From a bacterium (GTDB lineage: Bacteria; AUK180), in assembly GCA_023133295.1 (NCBI GenBank), contig JAGLWT010000090.1, positions 6,402 to 70,401 of the forward strand: a stretch of DNA of 64,000 bases, in the 5' to 3' direction. Position 1 is the stretch's first letter; each line of letters starts with the position of its first letter. The notes beneath the pieces are model-generated. The model saw nothing but the letters and a program-made list of their open reading frames with translations. It searched no databases and was not told the origin of the DNA. The position numbers were made by a program, and so were the translations under genes. Positions 48,421 through 59,206 of the stretch are shown one piece after another.

Positions 48421-49669
48421 AGCATTATCCAAGTTGTGGGATCATTCGGGGATAAAGAAGATAAAGGGCATATCGACCGATAGCCGCACCATCAAGAGCG
48501 GAGAACTTTTCGTTCCCTTGAGCGGCGACAATTTCAATGGCCATAAATTTATTAAAGCGGCCTTGAAAAGAGGCGCGAAGCTATACCTTTATTCCGAGGA
48601 AGAATATAAAGGCCCCAAAGGGATCAAGGTCGAAGATACACTTGAGGCCTATTGCCTTATTGCTCTTGAGTACAGAAAGGCGGTGGATTGTACTGTCGTG
48701 GGGATAACCGGATCCACAGGTAAAACAACTACAAAGAACCTCCTTCACGACATACTGGACAGCGCGGGGAAAAAGGTACACTCGACCTATTCAAATGAAA
48801 ATAATATGATCGGTGTCCCGAAAACCATTCTCGCGATGCCGGAGGATACTCAATATCTGATCCTGGAAATGGGCACCAATCATTTCGGAGAGATAGAGGC
48901 TGAGACAATGGCGTCCAGCCCGGATGTGGGAATGATCGTCAATATCGGCCCGTCGCATCTTGAATTCTTCGGCGACCTTCAGGGAATATACAGGGAAAAG
49001 ACCACTTTATTGAGAGAGGTGCTCAAGAAAGAGGGAAAGGTATTTGTTCCGAACGATCCGATGTTCGAGGAATTTTTCGGACTTGACAATGTTTTTACTG
49101 TTGACGGTGAGATCCGTGGCGGAAAGCTTTTTATGGAACTCCCATTTGAGTTCTCCATGTCCTTGAGTTCAGTGACCGCTTTTTACCATCATAATATTCT
49201 CTTCGCCGCTGCCGCTGCAATAGGTTTCGGCATTGACGGTAAGGATGTGGAAGACGCCATATTATCACATCGCTTCATAAGGATGAGCGAGTTCGAGTGG
49301 AACGGGAAGACGGTAATAGATGATTCGTACAATGCCAATCCCGTATCATATGAAAAAGCGCTGAGATACCTCTTCTCACTAAAGGGAAGAAAAGCCCTTG
49401 TGATCGGGAGAATGCTGGAGATGGGCGATAGTGAAAAGATTTATGAGCAAGAGATATTCTCATTCATAGAGTCCAATACCCCGTCACTTGTAATAGCAAA
49501 GGGCAGCTTCGCGACCGATATACCGAATGACTGGATACGGGCAAAAAAGCAGGCAAAGATACTTGATATCCTCAAGAAGAGATCAGATGAGTATGACATA
49601 GTATTTCTCAAGGGTTCACACGGAACTGAGGTTTACAAGGTGGCAAAGCTTATGGAAAAGGAGATCTAA
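48407..49669 (+). CDS. murF: UDP-MurNAc-pentapeptide synthetase
   Basis: TDSRT, GITGSTGKTTTK, DDSYNANP; start moved to ATG 48407. Confidence 0.93.
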   Translation: MKINKALSKLWDHSGIKKIKGISTDSRTIKSGELFVPLSGDNFNGHKFIKAALKRGAKLYLYSEEEYKGPKGIKVEDTLEAYCLIALEYRKAVDCTVVGITGSTGKTTTKNLLHDILDSAGKKVHSTYSNENNMIGVPKTILAMPEDTQYLILEMGTNHFGEIEAETMASSPDVGMIVNIGPSHLEFFGDLQGIYREKTTLLREVLKKEGKVFVPNDPMFEEFFGLDNVFTVDGEIRGGKLFMELPFEFSMSLSSVTAFYHHNILFAAAAAIGFGIDGKDVEDAILSHRFIRMSEFEWNGKTVIDDSYNANPVSYEKALRYLFSLKGRKALVIGRMLEMGDSEKIYEQEIFSFIESNTPSLVIAKGSFATDIPNDWIRAKKQAKILDILKKRSDEYDIVFLKGSHGTEVYKVAKLMEKEI

Positions 49670-50749
49670 ATGTTCTATTTTCTTTTTGAACTTCTTTATA
49701 ATGAGGAAAGCGCCTTCCGCTTTTTGCGTATCTTCAAATATATTACCATAAGAACCGGCGGTGCATTTGTTACAGCTCTTCTGATCTTCCTGATATTCGG
49801 CAATGGTATGCTCAAATTTCTAAGAAAGAGAAAATTCGGCGACAAGGTCAAGGATTATTTTGAAGGCAAGCGGGATTCAAAGGAAGGTACTCCTACGATG
49901 GGCGGGATATTCATTTATTTCGTGACCATGGTAACGGTACTTCTTTGGGGAAATCTTTCCAACCCGTATATTCTCGTGTTCATTCTCGGGACCACGCTGT
50001 CTTTTGCTGTCGGCTTTCTGGATGATCTGGTCAAATTGAAGAACGGCAACGGTATTTCCGCCAGAGTAAAATTTCTGCTGCTCACGGTCTCCGCCGTCAT
50101 AGTCGCCTTCTGCTTGAATATGATACCCTCATTTGAGACCACGGTCCTTATTCCCATATTCAAAGATGTCCGCATTCAATTAGGGATATATTATTATCTA
50201 TTTATGGTGATAGTTCTCCTGGCGACCTCAAATGCGGTGAACCTTTCCGACGGTATGGACGGCCTTGCGGCCTCATTATCAATGATATCATTTTTTACAT
50301 TGGCGCTGATCGCCTATTTCACCGGTAATGCGATATATTCGGGTTATTTGAACATCCCATTCATCGCAGATATCGGTGAGCTCACCGTTTTTGCCGGTGC
50401 TATTATAGGAGTATGTCTGGGTTTCCTCTGGTATAATTTTTACCCCGCCCAGGTTTTCATGGGGGATTCAGGTTCACTTCAATTGGGCTTCTCCATGGGT
50501 TTGATGAGCGTAATGGTCAAACAGGAGCTTCTCCTGCTGATCTTCGGCGGTATTTTCCTTATGGAGACATTATCGGTAATTATTCAGGTGTCGGGCTTTA
50601 AGCTATTTGGCAAAAGAGCGTTCAAGATGGCGCCCCTGCATCATCATTATGAAAAACGAAATATCCCGGAATCCAAAGTAGTCATAAGATTCGTGATCAT
50701 TTCAATAGTGCTTTCCATAATCGCTCTGGCTACAATAAAGGTAAGGTAA
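49670..50749 (+). CDS. mraY: phospho-MurNAc-pentapeptide transferase
   Basis: GTPTMGG, NAVNLSDGMDGL, FMGDSGS, MAPLHHH. Confidence 0.96.
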   Translation: MFYFLFELLYNEESAFRFLRIFKYITIRTGGAFVTALLIFLIFGNGMLKFLRKRKFGDKVKDYFEGKRDSKEGTPTMGGIFIYFVTMVTVLLWGNLSNPYILVFILGTTLSFAVGFLDDLVKLKNGNGISARVKFLLLTVSAVIVAFCLNMIPSFETTVLIPIFKDVRIQLGIYYYLFMVIVLLATSNAVNLSDGMDGLAASLSMISFFTLALIAYFTGNAIYSGYLNIPFIADIGELTVFAGAIIGVCLGFLWYNFYPAQVFMGDSGSLQLGFSMGLMSVMVKQELLLLIFGGIFLMETLSVIIQVSGFKLFGKRAFKMAPLHHHYEKRNIPESKVVIRFVIISIVLSIIALATIKVR

Positions 50750-52080
50750 TGGAAAAACTGGGCGTATTGGGAATGGGTATCAGCGGTTATGAGGCCGCCG
50801 TTTTAGGCGTGAAGCTGGGCTGCGGTGTATTTCTCTCGGACAATCGAGAGGAAGATGAGCTCAGCAGAGAAAGGATACTCAAGTTGAGGTCATTGGGTGT
50901 GAACACGGAATTCGGTAAGAATACCGCGCAATTCTTTGCCGGCTGTTCCCGTATCGTTCTTTCTCCCGGTATCTCTCCCGAGACACCCATAGTAGGTGAA
51001 TTGACGAAGGATGGACATGAATTCATCTCTGATCTTGACCTGGCGTATGAGAACCTTAAGGCGGAGGGCTGGATCGGGGTCACGGGCACCAATGGCAAGA
51101 CCACAACAGCAGATCTACTCGGAAAGCTGCTCTCAGGAAAATACAAGACATTTACGGGCGGCAATATCGGGACCTCACCCTGCTCCGTATTCGGTGAGGA
51201 ATTCGAGCGTGTAGTTCTGGAGATGTCCAGTTATCAGCTTGATATATCCTCGGAGCTTCAGCTGCGGGGCTCGATCATACTCAATATCACAGAAGATCAT
51301 CTCAACCGTTATAAGACGATGAGCAATTATATCGCATCAAAGAAGAAAATAGCCGATCTGACAGATGGTTATCTGATACTCAACAGAGACGATGAAGCCC
51401 TCTACGATGCCTATAAGGGCCGTGATGGTGCAATATTTGTTTCCGCGGAAGGCAATAAGGATTCTCATGCCTATCTTGATTCCGATGAAATGATATTCAA
51501 TGTCAGCGGTACAAAGATAAGCATATCAACGAATATCTTGAAGATACCGGGAAATCATAATATCTTCAATGCCATGTGCGCTGCCGCATCCGCGATCATG
51601 GAAGGAGTATGCCGGGATGATATCATTTCCGTGCTTGAGCAATATGAAGGGCTGGAGCATCGTATCGAGTATATTAAGACCATAAACGGCATCAGGATAT
51701 TCAATGATTCCAAATCCACCACACCGGATTCCACGCTTGCCGCCGTTTTGAGTTTTCCCCGCGGCAGCATCTTTCTGATAGTGGGCGGTTCCGATGAGAA
51801 GAATTCCGATTTTACCATATTAAGTAATGCCCTGAAGCAAAATTGTAAGGCCACATACGCCGTGGGTGAGACCGCGGATCGTTTCATTGAAACAGTTAAG
51901 GCCGGGGAGATAAAAGGCCCCATGACCATTGAAGATGCATTGATGTCTGCCTTAAGAAGCGGCAAAGAAGGTGATCTGATCCTCTTTTCTCCGGGCGCGC
52001 CTTCCTTCGACAGATTCAGCAATTATGAGCAAAGAGGTAATTATTTTAAAAAGATAGTATATGAGATCCAGGGAAATTAA
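50749..52080 (+). CDS. murD: UDP-MurNAc-L-Ala--D-Glu ligase
   Basis: GVTGTNGKTTT, GGNIG, EMSSYQL, NDSKST, SFDRFSNYEQRG. Confidence 0.95.
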   Translation: MEKLGVLGMGISGYEAAVLGVKLGCGVFLSDNREEDELSRERILKLRSLGVNTEFGKNTAQFFAGCSRIVLSPGISPETPIVGELTKDGHEFISDLDLAYENLKAEGWIGVTGTNGKTTTADLLGKLLSGKYKTFTGGNIGTSPCSVFGEEFERVVLEMSSYQLDISSELQLRGSIILNITEDHLNRYKTMSNYIASKKKIADLTDGYLILNRDDEALYDAYKGRDGAIFVSAEGNKDSHAYLDSDEMIFNVSGTKISISTNILKIPGNHNIFNAMCAAASAIMEGVCRDDIISVLEQYEGLEHRIEYIKTINGIRIFNDSKSTTPDSTLAAVLSFPRGSIFLIVGGSDEKNSDFTILSNALKQNCKATYAVGETADRFIETVKAGEIKGPMTIEDALMSALRSGKEGDLILFSPGAPSFDRFSNYEQRGNYFKKIVYEIQGN

Positions 52081-53149
52081 ATTTATCTTATTCCTTTTCA
52101 CACTTCTGGGGCTCCTCTGCGTATTTTCGTCCTCAGCCGTCTTTTCATTTGAGCAATACGGCTCCAAATACATGATGGTATTCAAGCAGTTTCTTTTTTT
52201 TGCCGCGGGCTGGGTCGTTTTTTACCTGATGCAGAAATTCACGGGTAAAAAAGCAATTGCCGCTTTGACCGTATTCATTACGGTAGTTTCGATGCTCGGC
52301 CTCATCTATGTTCTGATTTCCGGTGTACGCATCAACAATGCCAAAAGGTGGATACAATTCTTCGGATTTACCGTACAGCCTTCCGAGTTCTTCAAGATCT
52401 CCGCATTGCTTCTGATGGCGTTTTCGATCAACAAACAAGGCAAGATCATACTCAGGAATAAAAGAGGTGTCTGGGAATGGGGAAATGTTTTCAGGCTCTC
52501 CATCATCATTGCAGGCTTGGCACTTGTGTTGGTGGCACCCGATATGGGGACTACGGTCACAATAGGCGCGGCGCTTCTTGCGGGATTGGTTTTTTCAAAA
52601 ACAAATTTCAAATACACCGCAGGTATATTATTGATCTGCGCACTTCTTGTCGTAGCCTTTATCTACTTCTCTCCTTACAGGCGAGCCCGTGTTGTTTCGA
52701 TGTTCAAAAGCGGCGGAGGACAGACATTCAATTATCAGCGTTTCCAGTCCCAAAACGCCATTCAAAAGGGTGGAGTTTTCGGCAAAGGCATCGGCCGGGG
52801 CCGAATGAAGGTCTTTTCCCTACCGGAGGCATGGTCGGATTTTATCTTCTCCGTTATAAGCGAAGAGGTCGGATTGATCGGAGGGATACTCCTGATCGGC
52901 CTGTATTTCCTGCTTTTCATGCGAATATATAATATCGGCAATAAAACAAAAGATATACAATTAAAATATTTTACTCTAATGTTTCTTGTTCTACTCTCCA
53001 TGCAGGTTGGTTTTAACATTGGAGTGGCGGTCGGGGTGCTTCCCCCAACCGGCATGGTCCTACCCCTTATTTCATCGGGAGGTTCAGCCCTGATCGCTTT
53101 CATGATGGGTTTCGGTATCTGCGAAGCAGTGAGAAATAGAAATGGATAA
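52061..53149 (+). CDS. ftsW: SEDS peptidoglycan glycosyltransferase FtsW
   Basis: AKRWI, QPSEFFK, PDMGT, LPLISSGGS. Confidence 0.93.
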   Translation: MRSREIKFILFLFTLLGLLCVFSSSAVFSFEQYGSKYMMVFKQFLFFAAGWVVFYLMQKFTGKKAIAALTVFITVVSMLGLIYVLISGVRINNAKRWIQFFGFTVQPSEFFKISALLLMAFSINKQGKIILRNKRGVWEWGNVFRLSIIIAGLALVLVAPDMGTTVTIGAALLAGLVFSKTNFKYTAGILLICALLVVAFIYFSPYRRARVVSMFKSGGGQTFNYQRFQSQNAIQKGGVFGKGIGRGRMKVFSLPEAWSDFIFSVISEEVGLIGGILLIGLYFLLFMRIYNIGNKTKDIQLKYFTLMFLVLLSMQVGFNIGVAVGVLPPTGMVLPLISSGGSALIAFMMGFGICEAVRNRNG

Positions 53150-54191
53150 ATGGATAATATTCGGTACCGGTAAGACCGGCGGACACCTTTTTCCGGCTAT
53201 TACCATAGGTGAGAACCTTGGCTCACGCGGATACAAATGCCTCTTCTTGATACAGGGCACAAAAATGGAAAAAGAGGTATTGAACAAAAGGGGAATGAAA
53301 TATATGGCCATTCATTCCGCCCCTTTCCCCGGTGCCTGCCTAAAGGCCGTCTGGAAATTCATCTATGAGAATATATTGGGCATCTGTCAATGTATTAGCC
53401 TCTTTTTGCAGTACCGTCCCGTATTCTCCCTGGTGACAGGAGGATATACATCATTTCCCGTGGGATCTGCGTCCTTGCTTTCCTTCGTACCGTTATTCAT
53501 TTATGAGGGTAATATAAAGATGGGCAAATCAAATGTACTTCTTTCGCCATTCGCGAGAGCTTCGTTCGGCCCTGACAAAAGCGGTTTCGGTGTCTTCGTT
53601 AAGGTGGGCAACCCCGTCAGAAAGGAGATGTGCACCGCAGGGGCTGAATTTCCCGAAGATACGAATATACTTATCACAGGGGGGTCGCAGGGCTCGTTGA
53701 TAATTTTGAAAACGGTTTTGAAGATGCTTGAAGCGCATGAAAGAGAACTTAAAGAAAAGGGTGTTAGCCTGACCATTGCCACCGGCCACAATAACGCTTT
53801 CTGGATAGAGAAGTTCCGCCGGTTCTCAAATGTCAAGGCGCTGCCCTTCATACATGATATGGCTTCCGCGATCAAGCAGGCGAGCGTGCTGATCTGCCGC
53901 TCGGGCGCGATGACGGTGGAAGAGAACCTCGCGATGGGCAGATATGCGATATATATCCCATTCGCCGGTGCTACCGGTGACCATCAGTATTTCAATGCGC
54001 TTATCGTTAAGGAGAGGGAAGCGGGTGATCTCATTAAGGAGCGGCTTCTGAACGCGAATTCGCTTTTTTCCAAGCTCATGCCTCTCATAGAAGATAAAAA
54101 ACTTTTGCAGCGAGGCGGAGAAAGGGCAGGTGATCTCTATAACGAGAGACACAAGATCAGGGTCGAAGCAGAGATCCTCAGGAGAATATAA
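53142..54191 (+). CDS. murG: lipid II GlcNAc transferase
   Basis: TGGHLFPA, GNPVR, GGSQGS, RSGAMT, DHQYFNA. Confidence 0.93.
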   Translation: MDKWIIFGTGKTGGHLFPAITIGENLGSRGYKCLFLIQGTKMEKEVLNKRGMKYMAIHSAPFPGACLKAVWKFIYENILGICQCISLFLQYRPVFSLVTGGYTSFPVGSASLLSFVPLFIYEGNIKMGKSNVLLSPFARASFGPDKSGFGVFVKVGNPVRKEMCTAGAEFPEDTNILITGGSQGSLIILKTVLKMLEAHERELKEKGVSLTIATGHNNAFWIEKFRRFSNVKALPFIHDMASAIKQASVLICRSGAMTVEENLAMGRYAIYIPFAGATGDHQYFNALIVKEREAGDLIKERLLNANSLFSKLMPLIEDKKLLQRGGERAGDLYNERHKIRVEAEILRRI

Positions 54192-55562
54192 ATGCTTTTA
54201 GGAATTTCAAAGGTTCATTTCATCGGTATAGGCGGCGTCGGCATGAGCGGTATTGCCGAGATCCTGAATAATCTGGGTTTCATTGTCTCGGGTTCGGATA
54301 TTGAGAGGTCGGAGATAACGGACCGGCTTGTTTCACTCGGCATAACGGTGAAATACGGCCATGATGAAAAAAATGTTCCAAATGATATTGATATCGTTGT
54401 TTACACTTCCGCGGTAAGCGAGGACAATGTTGAAATGCTCAAGGCGCGAAAGGAGAATATTCCGGTGATAAAGCGCGCCGAGATACTGGCGGAATTGATG
54501 CGGATCAAGGATGGCATCGCCATCGCCGGCTCTCATGGCAAATCGACCACCACCGCTCTTTGCGGCAAGGTCTTCATAGATTGCGGTATGGACCCGACCG
54601 TTGTTATCGGCGGGCGGTTCGACTATATAAAGGGCAATGCGAAATTAGGCGAAGGGGATTTCTTCATTGCGGAAGCCGATGAATCGGATAAATCCTTCCT
54701 GCTTCTTTCGCCCATAATCAATATTATCACCTCTATTGATAATGATCATCTTGAAAATTACGGCTCCATGGAAAATCTGCTTGCGGGTTTCACGGATTTC
54801 GCGAATAAGGTGCCGTTCTTCGGATTCAATATTCTGAATATGGATGATGAGAACATACAAAAGCTCTTTCCGAAAATAAAGACAAAGATCCACACATACG
54901 GCTTTAAGAATCCCGGTGAATTCCGTGCGGATAATGTGAGTTTTTCCAGAGAGGGTTCGAAATTCTCCGTTTACAGAAATGACACGCATCTGGGGGATTT
55001 TGAGGTACCTTATCCCGGAGAGCATTATATTTCCAATGCTCTCGCGGTTATCGCTCTTTCACACCTTCTCGGCCTGAATATGGAAAATGTAAAAAGTTCA
55101 ATTGATTCTTACGCGGGCCTTGGCAGAAGGATGGAAAAAATGGGTTTCTACGAAGATGCAGTCGTTTATAACGATTACGGCCATCACCCTACGGAGATAA
55201 AATTTACCCTCAATACCTTTTCCAGGATCAAAAAGGGCCGCCTGATAACTTTTTTCCAGCCGCATAGATATACCCGGACAAAGGCCTTGATGGAGGATTT
55301 CGCGAGATCTTTCTATTCGACAGACCTTCTCTATGTCGCCGATATATACCCCGCTTCTGAAAAGCCCATAAAGGGAGTGGATTCAAGGGTCTTGACAGAG
55401 AAGATCAGGGAGTTCGGAAAGAAAGAGGCTCATTACATAAACGGGACGGATCCTGTGGAAGTATTGAAGGATATCAAGCCGGGAAAGGATGATATCATTC
55501 TCTTTTTAGGTGCGGGTGATTATTACAGATACGCAATAAAGATGCTTGATGAAAATAAATAA
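54192..55562 (+). CDS. murC: UDP-MurNAc--L-Ala ligase
   Basis: HFIGIGGVGMSG, GSHGKSTTT, EADESD, DYGHHPTE. Confidence 0.96.
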   Translation: MLLGISKVHFIGIGGVGMSGIAEILNNLGFIVSGSDIERSEITDRLVSLGITVKYGHDEKNVPNDIDIVVYTSAVSEDNVEMLKARKENIPVIKRAEILAELMRIKDGIAIAGSHGKSTTTALCGKVFIDCGMDPTVVIGGRFDYIKGNAKLGEGDFFIAEADESDKSFLLLSPIINIITSIDNDHLENYGSMENLLAGFTDFANKVPFFGFNILNMDDENIQKLFPKIKTKIHTYGFKNPGEFRADNVSFSREGSKFSVYRNDTHLGDFEVPYPGEHYISNALAVIALSHLLGLNMENVKSSIDSYAGLGRRMEKMGFYEDAVVYNDYGHHPTEIKFTLNTFSRIKKGRLITFFQPHRYTRTKALMEDFARSFYSTDLLYVADIYPASEKPIKGVDSRVLTEKIREFGKKEAHYINGTDPVEVLKDIKPGKDDIILFLGAGDYYRYAIKMLDENK

Positions 55563-56379
55563 GAATATGGACCTTACTCTGCTTTCCGGATTGAAGATCG
55601 GCGGATCTGCCGAGAATGTCTATTATCCGGAAAATAAAAAGGAGATGATCGAGCTCATCGCGAAATTCGGCGTTGATGCCGTGATAATCGGCGGCGGTAC
55701 GAATACGCTGTTCTCTTCAGGAGTCCACAAAAAGCCGTTTATAGTGACGGCCGCATTGAATGAAATAAGGTCCTTAGGAAATTCCCTTTACTTAGAGTCA
55801 GGGGTATCGACCGCATATGCGGTCGATACAGCGCTGAGATCCGGGCTTAAGGGCATGGAATGTCTTTGGGGAATTCCCGGAACCATAGGGGGAGCGATCA
55901 GGGGAAATGCTTCCATCGGCAGCGACTCTCTCTTTTCCCATTTGAAAGAACTATCTTTGATAGGGCTCGATGGCGGTGAATATCAAATGGATAAATTTAC
56001 ACCCGAGTACAGAGATTCCGGCATTAAGGATGTCATCTTTTCAGCTGAATTCGAGCTGGAGAATTGGTCCGAATCCGTATCAGCGGCCGTGATAGAGGAT
56101 TTGAAAGAAATCAGAGCCGCCCAGCCGAAGGGCATCTCCTGCGGGTCGGTATTCAAGAACCCCGAAGGTAAGACCGCGGGATATCTGATCGATAAAGCGG
56201 GATTCAAGGGCCGCAGCTGGGGAGGCCTCACGGTGAGCAAAGAGCATGCGAATTGGTTCATTAGAACCGGCGATGCGGTATTTGAGGATTTTGAGAACGG
56301 TGTGAGCGAGATCAGAAAAGAAGTACTCGCTCTTTTTGATATAGAACTGGAATTGGAGATCAAGGTGTATTATGCATAA
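55546..56379 (+). CDS. murB: UDP-N-acetylenolpyruvoylglucosamine reductase
   Basis: GIPGTIGGA, GSVFKNP, KEHANW. Confidence 0.93.
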   Translation: MMKINKNMDLTLLSGLKIGGSAENVYYPENKKEMIELIAKFGVDAVIIGGGTNTLFSSGVHKKPFIVTAALNEIRSLGNSLYLESGVSTAYAVDTALRSGLKGMECLWGIPGTIGGAIRGNASIGSDSLFSHLKELSLIGLDGGEYQMDKFTPEYRDSGIKDVIFSAEFELENWSESVSAAVIEDLKEIRAAQPKGISCGSVFKNPEGKTAGYLIDKAGFKGRSWGGLTVSKEHANWFIRTGDAVFEDFENGVSEIRKEVLALFDIELELEIKVYYA

Positions 56380-57310
56380 GCAAAAGGATGTGCTGGTGGT
56401 GATGGGCGGAGCTTCTTTGGAGAGAGAGGTTTCTCTGAAAAGCGCTTCCAATATTATCAGCAGTTTAAGGCGAAGCGGTTATTTGGTAAATGAATTTATC
56501 CTGCAAAAGGATAATTGGTCCGCATTAGCCGATCTCGCCCCCCGTATCGTTTTCAATATTGTACATGGGACCGGTGGTGAGGACGGCACTCTGACCGCTT
56601 TTCTGGACGCGCGTGGGATACCGTATGTCGGCACAGGCCCCGGCGCGCAGGCGGTAACAATGGCAAAACATATTGTTCAGCCGCTTCTTGAGAGCCGTGG
56701 TTTCAGCATACCTCCGCATCGCAGTTTCATCACCGCGGGTGACTTTGAAAGGAAAGCCGGGGATCTCTTCAGGGACTTCGGCGCTCTGGTCATTAAGGCC
56801 TCCAGTCAGGGTTCGAGCGTGGGTATTTCGATATGTCATGACCTTGACTCTGTATTGAGCAACGGCAAAAAGCTCATAAAGGATTTCGGCACCGTCATAG
56901 TAGAGAAATATATAAAAGGAATAGAGGTCACATGCGGACTTGTGGAGAACGCAGGAGTCTGCCGTTGCTTCACGCTGATGGAGATCAGAGCTAATCGTGA
57001 GTTCTACAATTATGAAGCTAAATACACATCGGGCGGCACGGATTTCATTGTTCCGGCTGAAATATCACCTTCGGCAGCGCAGCGTATCAGCGAAGAGGCG
57101 GTGCGGATATTTGAACTTTTTGAATTGAGGGATTTTGCCCGGGTCGACTGCATCTTAGAGGGTGAAGAGATCCTTTGGCACGATATAAATACCATTCCGG
57201 GCATGACAGATCTTTCCGATCTGCCGCAGGTAGCCAAGTATGACGGTGTGGAATATGATGAATTGGTAAGAGGGATATTAGAAAATGCTGAAAATAGAAA
57301 CAATTTGTAG
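56372..57310 (+). CDS. ddl: D-Ala--D-Ala ligase
   Basis: GGASLEREVS, HGTGGEDG, GSSVG, YNYEAKY, INTIPGMT. Confidence 0.94.
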   Translation: MHKQKDVLVVMGGASLEREVSLKSASNIISSLRRSGYLVNEFILQKDNWSALADLAPRIVFNIVHGTGGEDGTLTAFLDARGIPYVGTGPGAQAVTMAKHIVQPLLESRGFSIPPHRSFITAGDFERKAGDLFRDFGALVIKASSQGSSVGISICHDLDSVLSNGKKLIKDFGTVIVEKYIKGIEVTCGLVENAGVCRCFTLMEIRANREFYNYEAKYTSGGTDFIVPAEISPSAAQRISEEAVRIFELFELRDFARVDCILEGEEILWHDINTIPGMTDLSDLPQVAKYDGVEYDELVRGILENAENRNNL

Positions 57311-57953
57311 GATACTTATTTTTCTCTTGGCCGTAGGGGCATTATTTTCCTGCGGGAGCGCTGGTTTTACCGTAAATGAGATAAAGATACGGGGAGCTAT
57401 CAATTCAAATGTTTCGAGTATGGAGCGTGTTCTTAAAGAAGTGAAAGGAAAAAATCTGATCATTTACCCTCTTGGCGAAATAGTCGGCAAATTGTCAAAG
57501 GACCCCTATGTGGATTTCATTCATTATGAGAAAGTGATCCCGGATATTCTGATAATCAATGTGTATGAGAAAAGGGTTTCGGGCTATTGCGTGAATGACA
57601 AGGAACACTTCTGTATACTGGAGGATGGAACCAGGGTCAGCAGCGGCCCCAAGGGTCCTATCTATTTCACATTCCCCAAAAAGCTCCCAACAGATAATGA
57701 GATAGGAAATATTATTCAAAATCTCTATAGAATGAATATCGAGGCAACGGAGGTGGAGATCGATCCTAATTATTTGAAAATCGTATTATCGGATGGATTT
57801 CTGCTTCTATTGGAAAGGGATATATCGAATATTACAAATGTGAAATATATGCAGTATATAAGAGAAAAGATAGCCGGAAATGAAGGGGATGGTATCGTAG
57901 GGCTCGATATGAGATATCGAGGGCAGTCCATCATGATCTTGGGAGGAAAATAA
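57285..57953 (+). CDS. ftsQ: cell division protein FtsQ/DivIB
   Basis: TM, POTRA-like region, C-terminal LDMRY; position between ddl and ftsA. Confidence 0.75.
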   Translation: MLKIETICRILIFLLAVGALFSCGSAGFTVNEIKIRGAINSNVSSMERVLKEVKGKNLIIYPLGEIVGKLSKDPYVDFIHYEKVIPDILIINVYEKRVSGYCVNDKEHFCILEDGTRVSSGPKGPIYFTFPKKLPTDNEIGNIIQNLYRMNIEATEVEIDPNYLKIVLSDGFLLLLERDISNITNVKYMQYIREKIAGNEGDGIVGLDMRYRGQSIMILGGK

Positions 57954-59194
57954 TGAACTATATTTGCGCAATGGATCTTGGGGGTTATCAATTTAAACTG
58001 GTAATCGCATCAATAAACGATTCAGGAGAAATGGAAATTCTTGGAGCCACCAAGAAGAGGACAGAATCTATTCAAGACGGTAAAGTGGTAAATTTGAAAA
58101 ATGCCACGGACACATTGAAGGCCGCTTTTGAAGAGGTCACAAATCTCAGCGGACTCAAAGAGAAAGAGATCAACCACTTTTTTTGTAATGTTACCGGTTC
58201 TAATATCAAAGGGTATGACGGCACATTGAACAATGTTATCTCTATTGAACATTCGGATAGAAGGATCACTCAGGCCGACATAGATAAGGTGATAAAGAAC
58301 GCCCATGCCGAGGGCTTGTATGAGGATAGCGAGATAATTCATAAAATACCAAGATACTTCGACATTGACAATACATCATTCATTAAGAACCCTTACGGAT
58401 TGGAGGGGCAGAAGCTGAGCGTAAATACATATATCATCGCTACAAGTAAATATCAGATGAACAATCTGAGGAATGTGATAAGGGATGCCTTAGGGGTCAA
58501 GAATCCGGTATTCGTCTTAAATTCCATTGCCTCGTCCGAAGCCATATTAAGCGAAGAGCATAAGAAGATCGGCGTGGTCATTGTGGATATCGGCGGTGAA
58601 AATGTAGATGTCGCGGCTTACACACAGGGCAGTCTGCTCTTTGCCTCATCTTTCCAGGGCGGCGGCAAGGAAATAACGCTTGATCTGGCGAGGGAGTTCT
58701 CCCTGGCAATGGATACCGCGGAGAAACTCAAATCTAATTTTGAAAAGGTCATAACTTCTGGCAAGACCGCCATCACCATAGAGACGATCGGCGGACTTGA
58801 GGCGGAGATCAGGGTTCCTTCCATTAAGAGGGATATTGTGGATAAATTCAATTCGATCTTCGGGAACACTTACAATAAATTGCAGTATTATGTGGAGCAG
58901 GAACGGTTCTCAGCGGGAATAGTACTGACCGGCGGTACCTCGATGACATATGACATCATAAGTACAGCTGCATCACATTTTCATGTACTGACACAATTGG
59001 GACAATTGACACACCCTCTTCCGGGTGTAGAGAATATGGAATACACGGCGGAATATGCGACGGCAATGGGGCTTCTGCTCTGGGGCCGCCGCCGGCTTGT
59101 TGAAAAAGGCGGCAATAAGACAAGGCTGAAAATGAATACAGGAAATCTTCTTGAGCGGATCAAGGGATACTTCAAAAATATAAATGAAGATTAG
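57953..59194 (+). CDS. ftsA: cell division protein FtsA
   Basis: AMDLG, VDIGG, GIVLTGGTS, YATAMGLL, C-terminal amphipathic helix. Confidence 0.92.
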   Translation: MNYICAMDLGGYQFKLVIASINDSGEMEILGATKKRTESIQDGKVVNLKNATDTLKAAFEEVTNLSGLKEKEINHFFCNVTGSNIKGYDGTLNNVISIEHSDRRITQADIDKVIKNAHAEGLYEDSEIIHKIPRYFDIDNTSFIKNPYGLEGQKLSVNTYIIATSKYQMNNLRNVIRDALGVKNPVFVLNSIASSEAILSEEHKKIGVVIVDIGGENVDVAAYTQGSLLFASSFQGGGKEITLDLAREFSLAMDTAEKLKSNFEKVITSGKTAITIETIGGLEAEIRVPSIKRDIVDKFNSIFGNTYNKLQYYVEQERFSAGIVLTGGTSMTYDIISTAASHFHVLTQLGQLTHPLPGVENMEYTAEYATAMGLLLWGRRRLVEKGGNKTRLKMNTGNLLERIKGYFKNINED

Positions 59195-59206
59195 TAGGAG
59201 GAACAT